Below are positions 13,169 through 24,106 of a DNA stretch of 64,000 nucleotides, in pieces. Origin of the DNA: Selaginella moellendorffii (Eukaryota; Plantae; Lycopodiophyta). Position numbers and translations under genes: made by a program. The stretch covers positions 210,856 to 274,855 of the forward strand of contig NW_003314335.1 of assembly GCF_000143415.4 (NCBI RefSeq), written 5' to 3'. Position 1 is the stretch's first letter. Every line of letters begins with the position of its first letter. The notes beneath the pieces are model-generated. The model saw only the letters and a list, made by a program, of their open reading frames with translations, was not told the origin of the DNA and made no database searches.

Positions 13169-14195
13169 TTAACTCCTTTTATGATGGTACATGGATGCGC
13201 GCAGAGCTTGAATATCCTTAGCTGTTCCTGCGAGGACGTTGTCCACGTACAGGCATATGGCTGCGAGGCTGTCAGTTAACAAGTCGGTTGACGCGTAAGT
13301 CCAAAGCCAGATTAAAAGCGATCTTAAAAAAATGAATACCTCGGTGTGCCGAAAGGAAGCCACAGCATCTGGAACTGGAAGTGGAGCTTTTGCGATCTGG
13401 GAATCAACAACCATCAAAGAAAGGAAGGCACGAATATATGAAAGCGAGCTGCAAGAGAGTGGCACTTCACCTTAGAAGATTGGAAATCCAAAACAATGAC
13501 AGGAAAAGACCGGCCATCATCGATGCCACGAGCAAATGCCGATGCCACTTTGCTGACGATAAGACACCCACCACAATGGCAATACAGGTCATTGCTTCAG
13601 CCAAGTCTGCCAGCAGCAAGGAGGAAAAGCTTGCCAAAAATGAATAAACAAAAAGCGAGCAATCGATTTGAGCTTACCCCCACAAACGATCTGACGTGAG
13701 TTTAATGTCCCAGAGAACACAGCGTGGTACTTCTGGAGAGAGTCATGGGGTCATGGACGTCAAAACAAGAACAGAAAAAAAAACACAGAAGAAGAAAAAA
13801 AAACGAGTAAGTTTTCACTTACAGTGCTCCATGGATCTACGGCCTGTTGGTGGGCCGAGTAAAAGAAGAATAAAGCACACGTAGCTGCAAAGGCTGCAAA
13901 AATCCCCTGGAACAAAAAGTTTATTAAGTGTCATAGCATTCGACGAGCCAAAGAGAGAAGGAAAAAAGGAGGACAAGCGTACCCGCCACAGCGCGTTTTG
14001 ATATTTGTCTCGCTTCTCAAAAGAGTCCACTAGAGCTTCTTGTTCTAGAACAATCTCACACTGGAAAAAGCCTCACTTTTACGAGCTACACGTACCCTGT
14101 GTGTCGAGGATTTGAGAATCTGGAGCGTCCTGGCGAGCCGTGGGTAGCGCATCGCCAGCGCCATCGTTGCTCCATCGCCATCGCCTCCACGACAT
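13169..14195 (-). CDS. Conserved uncharacterised multi-pass membrane protein (7 exons)
   Basis: Hand-spliced with GT-AG introns: MSWRRW...ILDTQ|EQEALVDSFEKRDKYQNALWR|GIFAAFAATCALFFFYSAHQQAVDPWST|KYHAVF...|DLAEAMTCIAIV...LFWISNLLR|SQK...MLWLPFGTP|SLAAICLYVDNVLAGTAKDIQALRASMYHHKRS*. The LDxQEQE...PW..YHA...WLPFG...CLYVD...LR..MY pattern resembles a plant family of unknown function. Confidence 0.8.
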
Positions 14196-14431
14196 TTTCA
14201 AACCCTAGAACGAAGAATAATAAAGGAATAAGAGATCTCGGAAGGACGAAAATCTCCTGGAAGCGACGCGCTCTAGATCGAGCAAGGATCTGATTCTAGA
14301 ACAAGGAGATTTACGTGGATGGCCATCGCTCATCGGCTAGAAGACGTTCTAGAACCCTACCCCAGAACAGGGGCAAGAAGAGCGGGAATTTTAAATTTTG
14401 GGGTTTTTTCGGGAGTTTTTTCTTGGTGGCT

Positions 14432-16008
14432 ATGGCGCTGGCGAGCTCCGAGGCCTGGAAGACGCGCGCTCGCTTGGATTTTGAGGATATCCCTGATTGC
14501 TCATCGCATTCGAAGCCGCGCGTCTCTAGCGAGGCGAGGGAAATGTTCGAGGTCGATCAGCACCAAGAAGTTGAGGTAAGAAATCGTCCATACGCTTGAT
14601 TTTGACAATGCCGCTTTAGAAATCGTTGGCACGGAGGTTTCTTACTGATTTGGCGAAAGGAGGGTTCGACTCTGGTGCTTCTTTCGGTATGGATCTTTTC
14701 TCTCTTTTCTTATGGAGCCTCCGATCGAATAAATTTTTATTAGAAAGCTTACAATCGGAGGTGATGGGCATGAACAACGGGAATGGCTCGACTATCAGTG
14801 AGATCAAGAATTTGATACAAACGATCACCAGAGGTTTTTTCTTTGCATTCCTCTTTTTTTTATGGTTTTTTTCATAGACCAACTCTTACACACATGTGTA
14901 GATGCGAAGGCCATGGAGACACTTCTGAGCTCTACAGAAAACTCCCTCGATAGTTGCGAACTCAATGTAAGAAAAAAATACTCTACTTGTCTCGAATTCA
15001 TGCGTGTTTTCCAGATGAAAGACTACAAAAATAATCGGCTGCTCGGGGTAAAGAAATTTCAATCTTATGGCTGAACTTTTCAATCGAGTCTTCCAGGACG
15101 CAGTCACGTACAGCTCTAAGTATGAACTGGAGAAGATGATGCTCAAGGATAGCATTGAAGATTGCCGTTCTGAGGTGAAGCAGGCGCTAGTTTTATTTTT
15201 TCTTCTTTGCTCAATCGTGGTTTCTTTCTTTCTTCTTTATTTTTCTAAGGGTCTTCGGCTGGCAGAACAAATCGAGATGAAGCGGAGAGAACTCAAGCAC
15301 CTTGAAAACGTAGCTAAGCTCAAGGACAGGTCCGTTTATACATTTTCCTACATGTGTTTTCTTCTTTTTATGTTTCTATCATTTGTGATCACAGCTATCT
15401 GCAGGACAACAAAATTCTCGAGGCTTTGAAAGGCGTATTAGTGCTTGGCATCTCTAGCGGGCACATAAGTCTCCAGCTTCGGACGTACCTGCCAGATTCA
15501 AGCAACGAGTCCTTCAAACTGAGAGACGACGCTAAGAAAATACCCGACTGCGCGATCCACGAACTCAATATCGTCTTCAACGCAGCAACGCTCTCCATTG
15601 CGGAAGCCGAGGTAAAACCCGAGCTTTTCAACTTCTCTGACATGCTTTTTCTTGCTTTTGCAGCTCAAACCCAAGGATGTGGAGATCAGTGAAATCGTCT
15701 CGGCTGTGCAAGAAGATGGGTACGTAGTAGTAGTAGTAGTAGCAAGCTTCTTAGAATTCATGAAAATGGATCACTCTTTTGACAGGGATTTCTTCGAGAA
15801 GGTGGCTTTCATCGTGAAAGAAGTCCAGAATCGTATTCGCTGGAGAAAGAGTGCGTCGTCGCGATATCACAGTCGTAACAGAAGGTAGCCTAGATTTCTA
15901 GGATGAGAACCATAGTAACTACATACTAGCTATCAAAATTTTCATTTCTTCCAAAGGTTTGTCCACTCGAGAGAAAATGCTGTACAAGTGTCTCGTGACC
16001 TAGCTTAG
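14432..16008 (+). CDS. Coiled-coil plus RWD-like protein resembling Arabidopsis At3g23910/At3g24255 (proposed plant Zwint-like kinetochore protein)
   Basis: About 11 short GT-AG exons with a coiled-coil middle (IEMKRRELKHLE). ALKGVLVLGISSGHISLQLRTYLP...HELNIVF...SIAEAE|LKPKDVEISEIV...VAFIVKEVQNRI matches my recollection of that family. The last exon is uncertain: stop at 16008 if spliced, 15888 if not. Confidence 0.6.
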
Positions 16009-16025
16009 TCTAGGGATGTGGCTCC

Positions 16026-17227
16026 ATGGCCATGGCGCATCGACTGGCGCGCTTGACGATTCGAGGTAAGATCGTCTCCACTCTCCCGGATTATGGAAGT
16101 AGTGGCTCCTGGTTTTCCAGAATTCGTCGCGAATCCTCGCCGCAATGCGGGTTTTTCTCCAGGAAATATTTCTTCCAGGAGCTGCCGCTGGATTCACTCG
16201 ACTCGCTTCGTGAGATCCAGCGTTGTGTCATCGATTGGCGCTCGTGATCCAGAGGCAAGCTATGAGACGATCACTGCCGAGGTCGTGGAGAGCAAGAGCG
16301 TGGGTCTCTTGATGCTCAACAGGCCCCAGGTTCTCAATGCTCTCTCCGAGGTTTGCATGAGAGAGGTTGTCGCGGCCTTGAAAGGATTCGATGCCCTGCC
16401 AGAGGTAAGAAAGAATTTTTGCAAGAACTGAGTGGAAAAAATTTCTTCGCAGGTTGGAGCGATTGTCATCTCCGGTAAAGGCAAAGCGTTCGCTGCCGGC
16501 GTGGACATCAAAGAGCTCAAGAACAAGACTATGGTGGATTTATTTGTGAATCCTGTTCTTGATCAGTGGAACCAAGTTTCCAGGATTCGAAAGCCACTCA
16601 TCGCTGCAGTGAACGGGTAAGCGATCATACCTTTGTGCTCGCCAAAAGTAGAATTATTTTCGTATGCTCTACCTTCCAGATATGCTCTTGGTGGTGGCTG
16701 CGAGCTTGCAATGATGTGCGATATCATCCTGGTCGGCGAGAAGGCCGTGTTTGGGCAGCCAGAGATTAAAATCGGGACGATCCCAGGCATGGGCGGAACC
16801 CAGCGCTTGATCCGAGAGGTCGGCAAGTCGCGAGCAATGGAGATGATACTCACGGGAGAGCGCTTCATGGATGCCAAAGAAGCGTGCCAACGAGGTCTAG
16901 CCAGCCGACTGGTTAGTGAAGTTCTTCCTTCTTCTGGAGTTTTAGATCGAAGGATCTCTAAATTCTGGTTCTGTGGAGTCGCAGATCGAAGGAACAAACG
17001 AGGAGCTCGTCGCCGAGGCAGTGGCGATGGCCAAGAACATCTCGGGCATGTCACGCCCAGCGGTGATCATGGCCAAAGCGGCTGTGAATGCCGCGTATGA
17101 GAGCCATCTCGAGGAAGGCGTCAAGAGAGAGCAGGCGTTTTTTGGAGCAACGTTTGGCTTGGAAGATCGCAGCGAAGGAATGGCTGCTTTCATCGAGAAA
17201 AGGAAGCCAAACTTCCAAAACAAATAG
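16026..17227 (+). CDS. Enoyl-CoA hydratase (crotonase family, ECHS1/PaaF-like), probably mitochondrial
   Basis: [30 protein letters not shown]|[36 protein letters not shown] (both catalytic Glu) and [17 protein letters not shown]. Arg/Ser-rich N-terminus. Four GT-AG introns. Confidence 0.93.
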
Positions 17228-17306
17228 CTTAGTTGATCATAGAATATACCTTATTTGAAAAATAATATTCGAAAAGCTTAGGTTTAGGGCTAGGGTTTAT
17301 CACGCC

Positions 17307-17687
17307 ATGTCTCTCGCGAAGATCACGCGTCTCCTCCTTCCCAGGTTTTCGGATCCAGCGGCGACGGTGGCAGCAGCGGTAGCGTCCTTCGATCGGCGGC
17401 ATTCTTTGTTGGCATCGATCGTTTCGGTTTCACGGATGCAGCAGGTACCGGCCCCAAATTTCGAGCAGCGGCTGCCAGGGGTAGTCCGCGATCTCGTTCC
17501 TCTCGACGAGGAGGGAGGAGGGATTCTCGAGTGTGGGCGCGGGGACAGGAGGACCAAACGGGGCAAGATTTCCAGAGGATCGTTTGGGAAATGCCGGCGC
17601 AATACCAAGAACGCGCTGCGGCGGCTTAGAGAGAAATGGGAGCTTCCCAAAGGAGCTCCTCTCCCAGCCCCGCACGAAATAGCTTAG
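17307..17687 (+). CDS. Organellar small-subunit ribosomal protein bTHX/PSRP4 (S31) family, probably mitochondrial
   Basis: CGRGDRRTKRGKISRGSFG signature after a presequence-like N-terminus. Telo-box-like TAGGGTTT immediately upstream. Confidence 0.8.
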   Translation: MSLAKITRLLLPRFSDPAATVAAAVASFDRRHSLLASIVSVSRMQQVPAPNFEQRLPGVVRDLVPLDEEGGGILECGRGDRRTKRGKISRGSFGKCRRNTKNALRRLREKWELPKGAPLPAPHEIA

Positions 17688-17913
17688 CTTTCTAGTGGAA
17701 AGTTTCTCTGGTGGCTAGAATAAGAAGACCAAGGATTCCAACTTCCAAGTGTTCTATACTTCCAACAAGTGTCCTATACTCTCATTAAAACACACTACAT
17801 GCTTTTCCGCAAATGGGCAACACCTCGATCATTGAAACAATTGCCCAGTTTGCATCTCTCACAACTAGTTATTAATACTTGCGAAACTTAGCTTGGCTTG
17901 AAATGCACGACTC

Positions 17914-18943
17914 CTACGCGGTAGAGGCTGGAACATCGCAAAATCAAGGCACTCGAAAACCAAAAGAACACAAGAAACGTACCAGAAGTCTTTGGAGCAT
18001 TGCACTTGAAGCACTCGGTACGACTGGCAAAGTTGTGCTCGCTGCAGCTACACACAAACAGAAGCATGACGACGTAAGAACTTGGCTTGCAAGAAACTTA
18101 AGAGCACAAGAACGAAACCAAGAAGAGTAGAAAAGTTAGAGCTCGGGAACACTTCAATCAAAGCTTCTAACAAGTTAGAACGGTGAGAACATTTAGCAAG
18201 AAGAGCAATACAACTAAGAACTTGAATCGAGTAGAATAACACAGAACAAACTAAGAACTTGCAAAGAAACTCAGGAGCGCAAGAACAAAACCAGGAAGAG
18301 TACCAGGAAGAACTTAAACCAAAGCTTCTCACAAGTTAGAACAGTGAGATCATTCAGAAGAACAAAACCAGGAAGAGTAGCTTAGAAACCAGGAAGAAAT
18401 TAAACCAAAGCTTCTAACAGCAGCAAGAAGAGTAATAGAGAAGCTAGAACTAAGAACATAGAATCGAGTAGAACCAAACCTCTAGACAAGAACCAAGAAA
18501 ATCTCAACTTACCCAGTGCAAGTCCAGTCACCCATCCTCCATCCGGGCCTCCCATCCATGGACGCATTGTTCTCCACTTTCTCATTGCCACACTTGAAGC
18601 AAGTGCCACGGCTAGCAAAGTTGTGGGTATTGCAGGACGGGCAAAACCAGTCGCCGGGCTTGACATCCGCGCCGCCCCAGCCCCGATCAGCGCCCATGCT
18701 CATCGATCCACCGCCGCCGCCGCCGCCTCCCACCGGGCGAGGGTTCCCACAGCGCTGGCACGAATCGCGCCTGCTGAAGTTGAGATGGAAGCACGTCGCG
18801 CAGTCCCAATCCCCGGGCTTCTTCCCCAAATCAAAATCGGAGGAGTACCATGCCTTGCCCCCACCTGTGAGCGCCGCGCGAAGCCGCGTGAAGATCGTGC
18901 CCGCCGCCGGGGCAAGGAGACGATTCCTGGCAGCGCCCAGCAT
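17914..18943 (-). CDS. Triple RanBP2-type zinc-finger (RNA-binding) protein with a mitochondrial-like presequence, 3 exons
   Basis: KPGDWDCATCFHLNFSRRDSCQRCG, KPGDWFCPSCNTHNFASRGTCFKCG and GDWTCTG|CSEHNFASRTECFKCNAPK. Final exon encodes ASTA* (stop at 17914). Confidence 0.9.
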
Positions 18944-18969
18944 TTTCCTCTCTTCTCTCTCGAGCCCAA

Positions 18970-19060
18970 AAACCCTAGGGCCGCCGGTTTAGGGTGTAGG
19001 GTTTTGGGTTTAAGCTTTAACGGCTCCACAAGATGCTGCCACGTGGCATAGGATTTAGGG
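18970..19060. promoter_or_regulatory. Telo-box-rich bidirectional promoter between the RanBP2-ZF and PPR genes
   Basis: AAACCCTAG at 18970, TTTAGGG, TAGGGTTTT and ATTTAGGGTT in and just beyond the ~90 bp between divergent ATGs; G-box-like GCCACGTGGC at 19038-19047. Confidence 0.55.
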
Positions 19061-20940
19061 TTCTTGCGCTAACTTTAATGACTTGGGATAGAACGCAATG
19101 CATCGACCTCATCAAGTCTTGTAACTCGCTCTCTAGCGCCAAATCTCTCCACTCGCGCCTCCAGCTCTCGTTCGAATCGGATGTCTACGTGCTCAACCGG
19201 GTCGTGCAGATGTATGGGAAATGCGGGGGCGTGGAGCAAGCCTGGATTGTGTTTGATGGCATCCAGAACAAGAACGATTTCTCGTGGTTTGCGATGCTAG
19301 GCGTTTACATCCAGAATGGGAGAATTGCGCAGGCCGAGTCGTTCTTCGATTCGATGCCGCGGTGGGATCTGTTTGTGTTGACGTCGCTTCTTGTTGCATT
19401 TGCCCGATCTGGGAATTTGCCAAAAGCCAAGGCCTTGTTTTACCAGATGCCTGAATGGGATGTTCTCTCCTGGAACTCACTTCTTTCCATGTATGCGAAA
19501 AATGGAAACCTTGTTAAGGCAAAGGATGTCTTTGATAATATGGAAGAAAGAAATCTCTCCTCTTGGAACTCGTTACTATCTGCTTATGACCAAAACGGGC
19601 ATCTTGAAGAAGCTAGATCAGTGTTTAATACCATGCCTGAGCGAAGCATGGTATCTTTCTCTGCCATGCTAGCGGCATATTCCAGCCAAGGGCACATTGA
19701 AGAGGCGAGAGCGCTGTTTGATTCTCTCCCGGAGAGGGATATGGTGACGTATACAACGATGCTTTCGGCATATACGCATCACGGGCATCTTCACGAGGCA
19801 GCATCTCTCTTTGGCAGAATGGACGTCCACGATCTCGTGTCATCCACGGTCATGCTGGGAGCGTTTGCTCAAAGAGGAAATGTTACAGCCGCCAGGAGAA
19901 TATTCGACACAATGGAGCAACGGGACTTGGGATCCTTCAATGCAATGATCTCTGCTTACGTGCAAAACGGGCATCTCGACAATGCGAGGTATTTGTTCGA
20001 CCGTATGGAAGTGTGGAATATGGTGACGTGCTGTACCATGACAACAGCATATGCCCAAACTGGGCATCTTGAAGAAGCAAAACACGTATTTGAGAATATG
20101 CCCGATCAGAATGTAGTGACGTGTAATTCCATGCTGTCAACTTATGCCGCAAACGGCCACGTGGAGGAAGCTAAGCAGGTGTTTGATTCGATGCCTGAGA
20201 CTGACGTGATCTCATACACTGCCATGCTTTCAGCATATTCCCAGAACGGGCATCTCGATGAGGCGAGGAGATTCTTTGATTGGATGGGAGAACGCAATGT
20301 GGTGTCCTGGAATGCAATGGTATCGGCGTATTCGCAAGCTAGGAATCTAGAGAAAGCCAGGGAAGTCTTTGATAGGATGGACGTGAGGGACTCGGTGACG
20401 TGGACTGCTATGCTGGCAGCATATTCCCAGAGAGGTCAAATGCACCATGCCCAGAAGCTCTTTGACCAGATGCCTGAAAGATCAATGGAGGCGTGGACGT
20501 GTCTCATCGGTGGGTATGCACAGAATGGGCATCCCAACAATGCTTTGGAATTATTCCCAGAGATGAATGCACTTAACACCACACCCGACGAGATCTCTTT
20601 CATTTGTGTGCTTCTCGCCTGTAGCCATGCTGGAAAAGTATACAATGGTCGAAGCTGGTTCTTGTCAATCACATTGGATTTCCAAAGAAGTCCTGGGAAG
20701 CTACATTATAGCTGCATGATCGATCTTCTTGGCCGTGCTGGATACCTCGACCACGCAAGAGATCTGATCAAGGGCATGCCTTTTGCTCCGGATGCACTGG
20801 ATTGGATATGCTTGCTTGGGTCTTGTAGAGCTCACAAAAACGCCCAAATTGGATCCCATGCCATGGAGGAGGTGATTGCACTGAATCCAAAGAATGCAGC
20901 AGCATATACCTTACTTGCCAACACAAATTTTGATTCCTAA
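19033..20940 (+). CDS. PLS-class (SS-motif-rich) PPR protein with E-type C-terminus, no DYW; intronless
   Basis: About 15 tandem 31-aa motifs (VSWNAMxSAYxQNGHLEEAxxxFDxMPER), then LLACSHAG, HYSCMIDLLGRAG, MPFAPD..DWICLLGSC and AAAYTLLAN. The start may be 19078. Confidence 0.93.
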   Translation: MLPRGIGFRVLALTLMTWDRTQCIDLIKSCNSLSSAKSLHSRLQLSFESDVYVLNRVVQMYGKCGGVEQAWIVFDGIQNKNDFSWFAMLGVYIQNGRIAQAESFFDSMPRWDLFVLTSLLVAFARSGNLPKAKALFYQMPEWDVLSWNSLLSMYAKNGNLVKAKDVFDNMEERNLSSWNSLLSAYDQNGHLEEARSVFNTMPERSMVSFSAMLAAYSSQGHIEEARALFDSLPERDMVTYTTMLSAYTHHGHLHEAASLFGRMDVHDLVSSTVMLGAFAQRGNVTAARRIFDTMEQRDLGSFNAMISAYVQNGHLDNARYLFDRMEVWNMVTCCTMTTAYAQTGHLEEAKHVFENMPDQNVVTCNSMLSTYAANGHVEEAKQVFDSMPETDVISYTAMLSAYSQNGHLDEARRFFDWMGERNVVSWNAMVSAYSQARNLEKAREVFDRMDVRDSVTWTAMLAAYSQRGQMHHAQKLFDQMPERSMEAWTCLIGGYAQNGHPNNALELFPEMNALNTTPDEISFICVLLACSHAGKVYNGRSWFLSITLDFQRSPGKLHYSCMIDLLGRAGYLDHARDLIKGMPFAPDALDWICLLGSCRAHKNAQIGSHAMEEVIALNPKNAAAYTLLANTNFDS

Positions 20941-21299
20941 AACTAAATTCTAGGGTTACCCAAGGCACACAGCACTGGACAACCGCCAGCCTGCGATCGC
21001 CCCAATGGCCATGGCGGCCGCCAGCCTTTGAAAATCCTTGAGTGATGCCGCGGCCAAAGCTGTCTAAGCTCAAAGGGAACAGCGCCGGAGCTGGAGGACG
21101 AGGAGGAACAGCAAGAGAAGAAGAGGATCGAGCAGCGGTGATCTGGGCCCAGCTCTGCGGTGGACGATCTCAGCTCCCTGATCTAGGAGTTCTTCCAAGA
21201 AGCAAGCGTGGGGGAGCCAGCAATCCAGATCGCACTCACAGCAGCAAGTAGGAGCCACATCTCGGCTTCGCAACCTCGAGAACCGAGCATTGTAAACAA

Positions 21300-24000
21300 A
21301 TGGTGGTGTAAAAGCATATAGGGTTCAATTCCTGCTCAGTCCATGATGCTTTTTTGGTTTGCTTAAGCGATGGTAGTGAATATATCTAGAATATGCTTGG
21401 ATATTCTAGGATATTCTACCACTTAATGGTTGGTATTCATTTAGATTAATTTGGTATTTATAATTTAAAAACTTTCCTAAACCCTTTTTAGTATATTCTT
21501 TTTTATTCTATCATTTAATGGTTGATATACAATAAGATTAATCTTGTGTTTATAAATTACAAACATGCTTATAATTATAAACTTTATTTGATCAATTAGA
21601 TTAATAAGTAATAATAAAACTACCATTAAGAAAACCAAGCATTGCTACATGCAATGCGTAGCAATTTATTATCCTTTACTCTAAAAAGTTTAATTATTAT
21701 CTAAAATATATAGCTTTTAATATACAACATAGTTGTAAAAAGATCTCTATAAACATTTATCTAAGATATAAAATATATTAAGGTTGTATATCAAACTATA
21801 TTTATAAACTATGCTAAATTTACTATTACAAAAGATACTTCAGTTAGTAATATATTTAACTATATTGGTAAACTTTGCAAATGAGATAAGAGATAATAGT
21901 ATAACATAGATTCATTTCCCTTTTGAATTGCTTATTTAAACTTATATATAAAATTTTGGAGTGCCAGGCTACAACTTACATTTCATTAGACTCTATAAAA
22001 ATAGTGAGCACTTTGTTCGAACAGAACTTCATCTAACCTTTGGTATAATATAACTTTGTGTTCACATTATTTTAGACTTGGATAAAATGCTTTCTTGAAA
22101 TTATTGCTTCTTGGCTTCATTGGGTTGGGTTTAGAGCTAATATAATCTGAATATGTGAATGTTAGTTTTAATGATGTGGGCTAAAGGTTTATGAAGGCGT
22201 TATTATAATTTAATTGTTTAATTATTTTTCAAGCTTGATAATTATATAAATTCAAAGCAAACTAAGCATGCTAAACACAACAAACTATTGTGAGTGCATA
22301 GGATATAGACGTGGAATACAAAAATGTGAATATCAATTAGCCCAAAAACCTAAGCTTATATACAAGAGCGAGTGGTCTGGATTGAGATCAATTTGATCAT
22401 TTTTAAAATTATATTAGTATATAACATCATAACTGTACACTTAAATCCAATGGAAGAATTTATAGCTCAACTTACAATGCCATTCTCCACTCAAACTTAG
22501 CAGCAACCACAAGTAAAAGAGAAGCAAAAATTCATCTCTATTCCCTATGGAATTTCACTCACTAATTTAAAATACATTACTCCAAGGAAAAAGCAAAGAA
22601 AAACAAGGTAGAAGAATATGCAAGAAGAAAAACTGAATGGGAAGCTATAACAATTGAGAAAGCTTATGCAAAAGAAATAAAAAAAATTGATTGATAAGAA
22701 GAGTTATAAGAGAAGGCAATATTAAGGCAACTTAAGGCAAAACAAACAATAGTAGTGAACAAAGCACAAAAATTGGAGAGGGAGAAAATGAAAATGAACA
22801 AATAAGTTGGACTTGTTGCAAAGAAAGTTTTAAAGAGCCTTTATAAATAGGGATTAAAAGTAGCAAGAATATAGAACAAACAACATCTTTCAAGTCTCTT
22901 CAACAAGACCTTAAGCCAAATATTAAGCCCAGGGAGGAAATTCTAGCACTATGAGCTTGGAGAGCTTCTTTACAAGTAACTACCTCTACTCATTAATTCT
23001 TAATTGATTTTGCATATCTTAATCCATCCTAATTACCCTAAAACTCAAGTGTGGTTTTTGAATGGTTGAACCTTATTTTTCTGTACTGTTTTTCTCTCTT
23101 GATTAAAGTGGATATGTATGGATTTCCACTTTAAATTTTTTTTTGAGATACCCCATAGTAAGCATATACTATGAGAAAAAAACAAGTTTGGATTGAAAAA
23201 CTCATGTAATACACTTTAAAAAATTCTGATTGGCTGGATTGTATAAGCACCCTCTCTACTTTTGGCACTTCAACAAACTCTAGATCACCAAGTAGCTTTA
23301 GTTTGTCCAGGCCATCTACTCATCCTCATCCAAGCTCTCCTTCTTGTCCTTAAGTTTTTGATCACCAAGTAGCTTTAGGTTGTCCAGGCCATCTACTCAT
23401 CCTCATCCAAGCTCTCCTCCTTGTCCTTAAGTTTTTGATCACCAAGTAGCTCTAGATTGTCCAAGCTGTCCCTCACTCCCTACTCATCCCATCAAAGCTT
23501 CCTGCTCATCCTCATTAAAACTATCTGTCCTCATCAAAGCTCCCTCCTCCTCCTTGTCCAAACTGTCCCTCCTCGTCAAAGCTCCCTCGATCAAAGCTCC
23601 TTCCTCATCCAAGTCCTCCACTAGATCACAACCATTCTTATTGTCCAAGTCATCATTTCTAGATGGAGCTTCTAAGAAATTTTTCGAAACTGACCTGGTT
23701 CTCATCCTCCTGCAGCGTGCACAATAGCAAATTTTCATCAGATTGAGCTTAGATCGAGATAACCCTAGCTAAGTGCTAATTACGCTTGGAAATCTTATAG
23801 GTGTTAATTTTCAGTTCCCAGCTAAGAAATTATAGTGTAATCTCTTTACACTGCTAATATACATTTCCTACCTAATATTCATGCTTAGTAAATGTAAACA
23901 TGAAAAACCATTTTGCATGTGTTTTTTGTCTGTGGTTTTTTGGTTTTCTTTCCATAAAACGGGATAAACGGGTGAGAAAAATTATGAGTTACTATTTTCT
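21300..24000. mobile_element. AT-rich degenerate repeat/transposon remnant island
   Basis: Abrupt switch to AT-rich DNA, a stop-riddled Lys/Glu-rich frame (22430-22970), a 77-bp tandem repeat, and a copy of a dispersed motif also found at ~51030, ~60740 and ~61520. Confidence 0.55.
23283..23465. repeat. 77-bp tandem repeat, about 2.4 copies
   Basis: GATCACCAAGTAGCT...GTCCAGGCCATCTACTCATCCTCATCCAAGCTCTCC...CTTAAGTTTTT units start at 23283, 23360 and 23437. Confidence 0.9.
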
Positions 24001-24106
24001 TAAGGATTAAGTAGGCCTTTAGATTTCTTTGATCGAGCTCTTTAATTGGACCGGAGAGAAAACTAAGGTGGAGGTTCCAGGGTTAGGGTTTTAGCATGCC
24101 AGGGCA

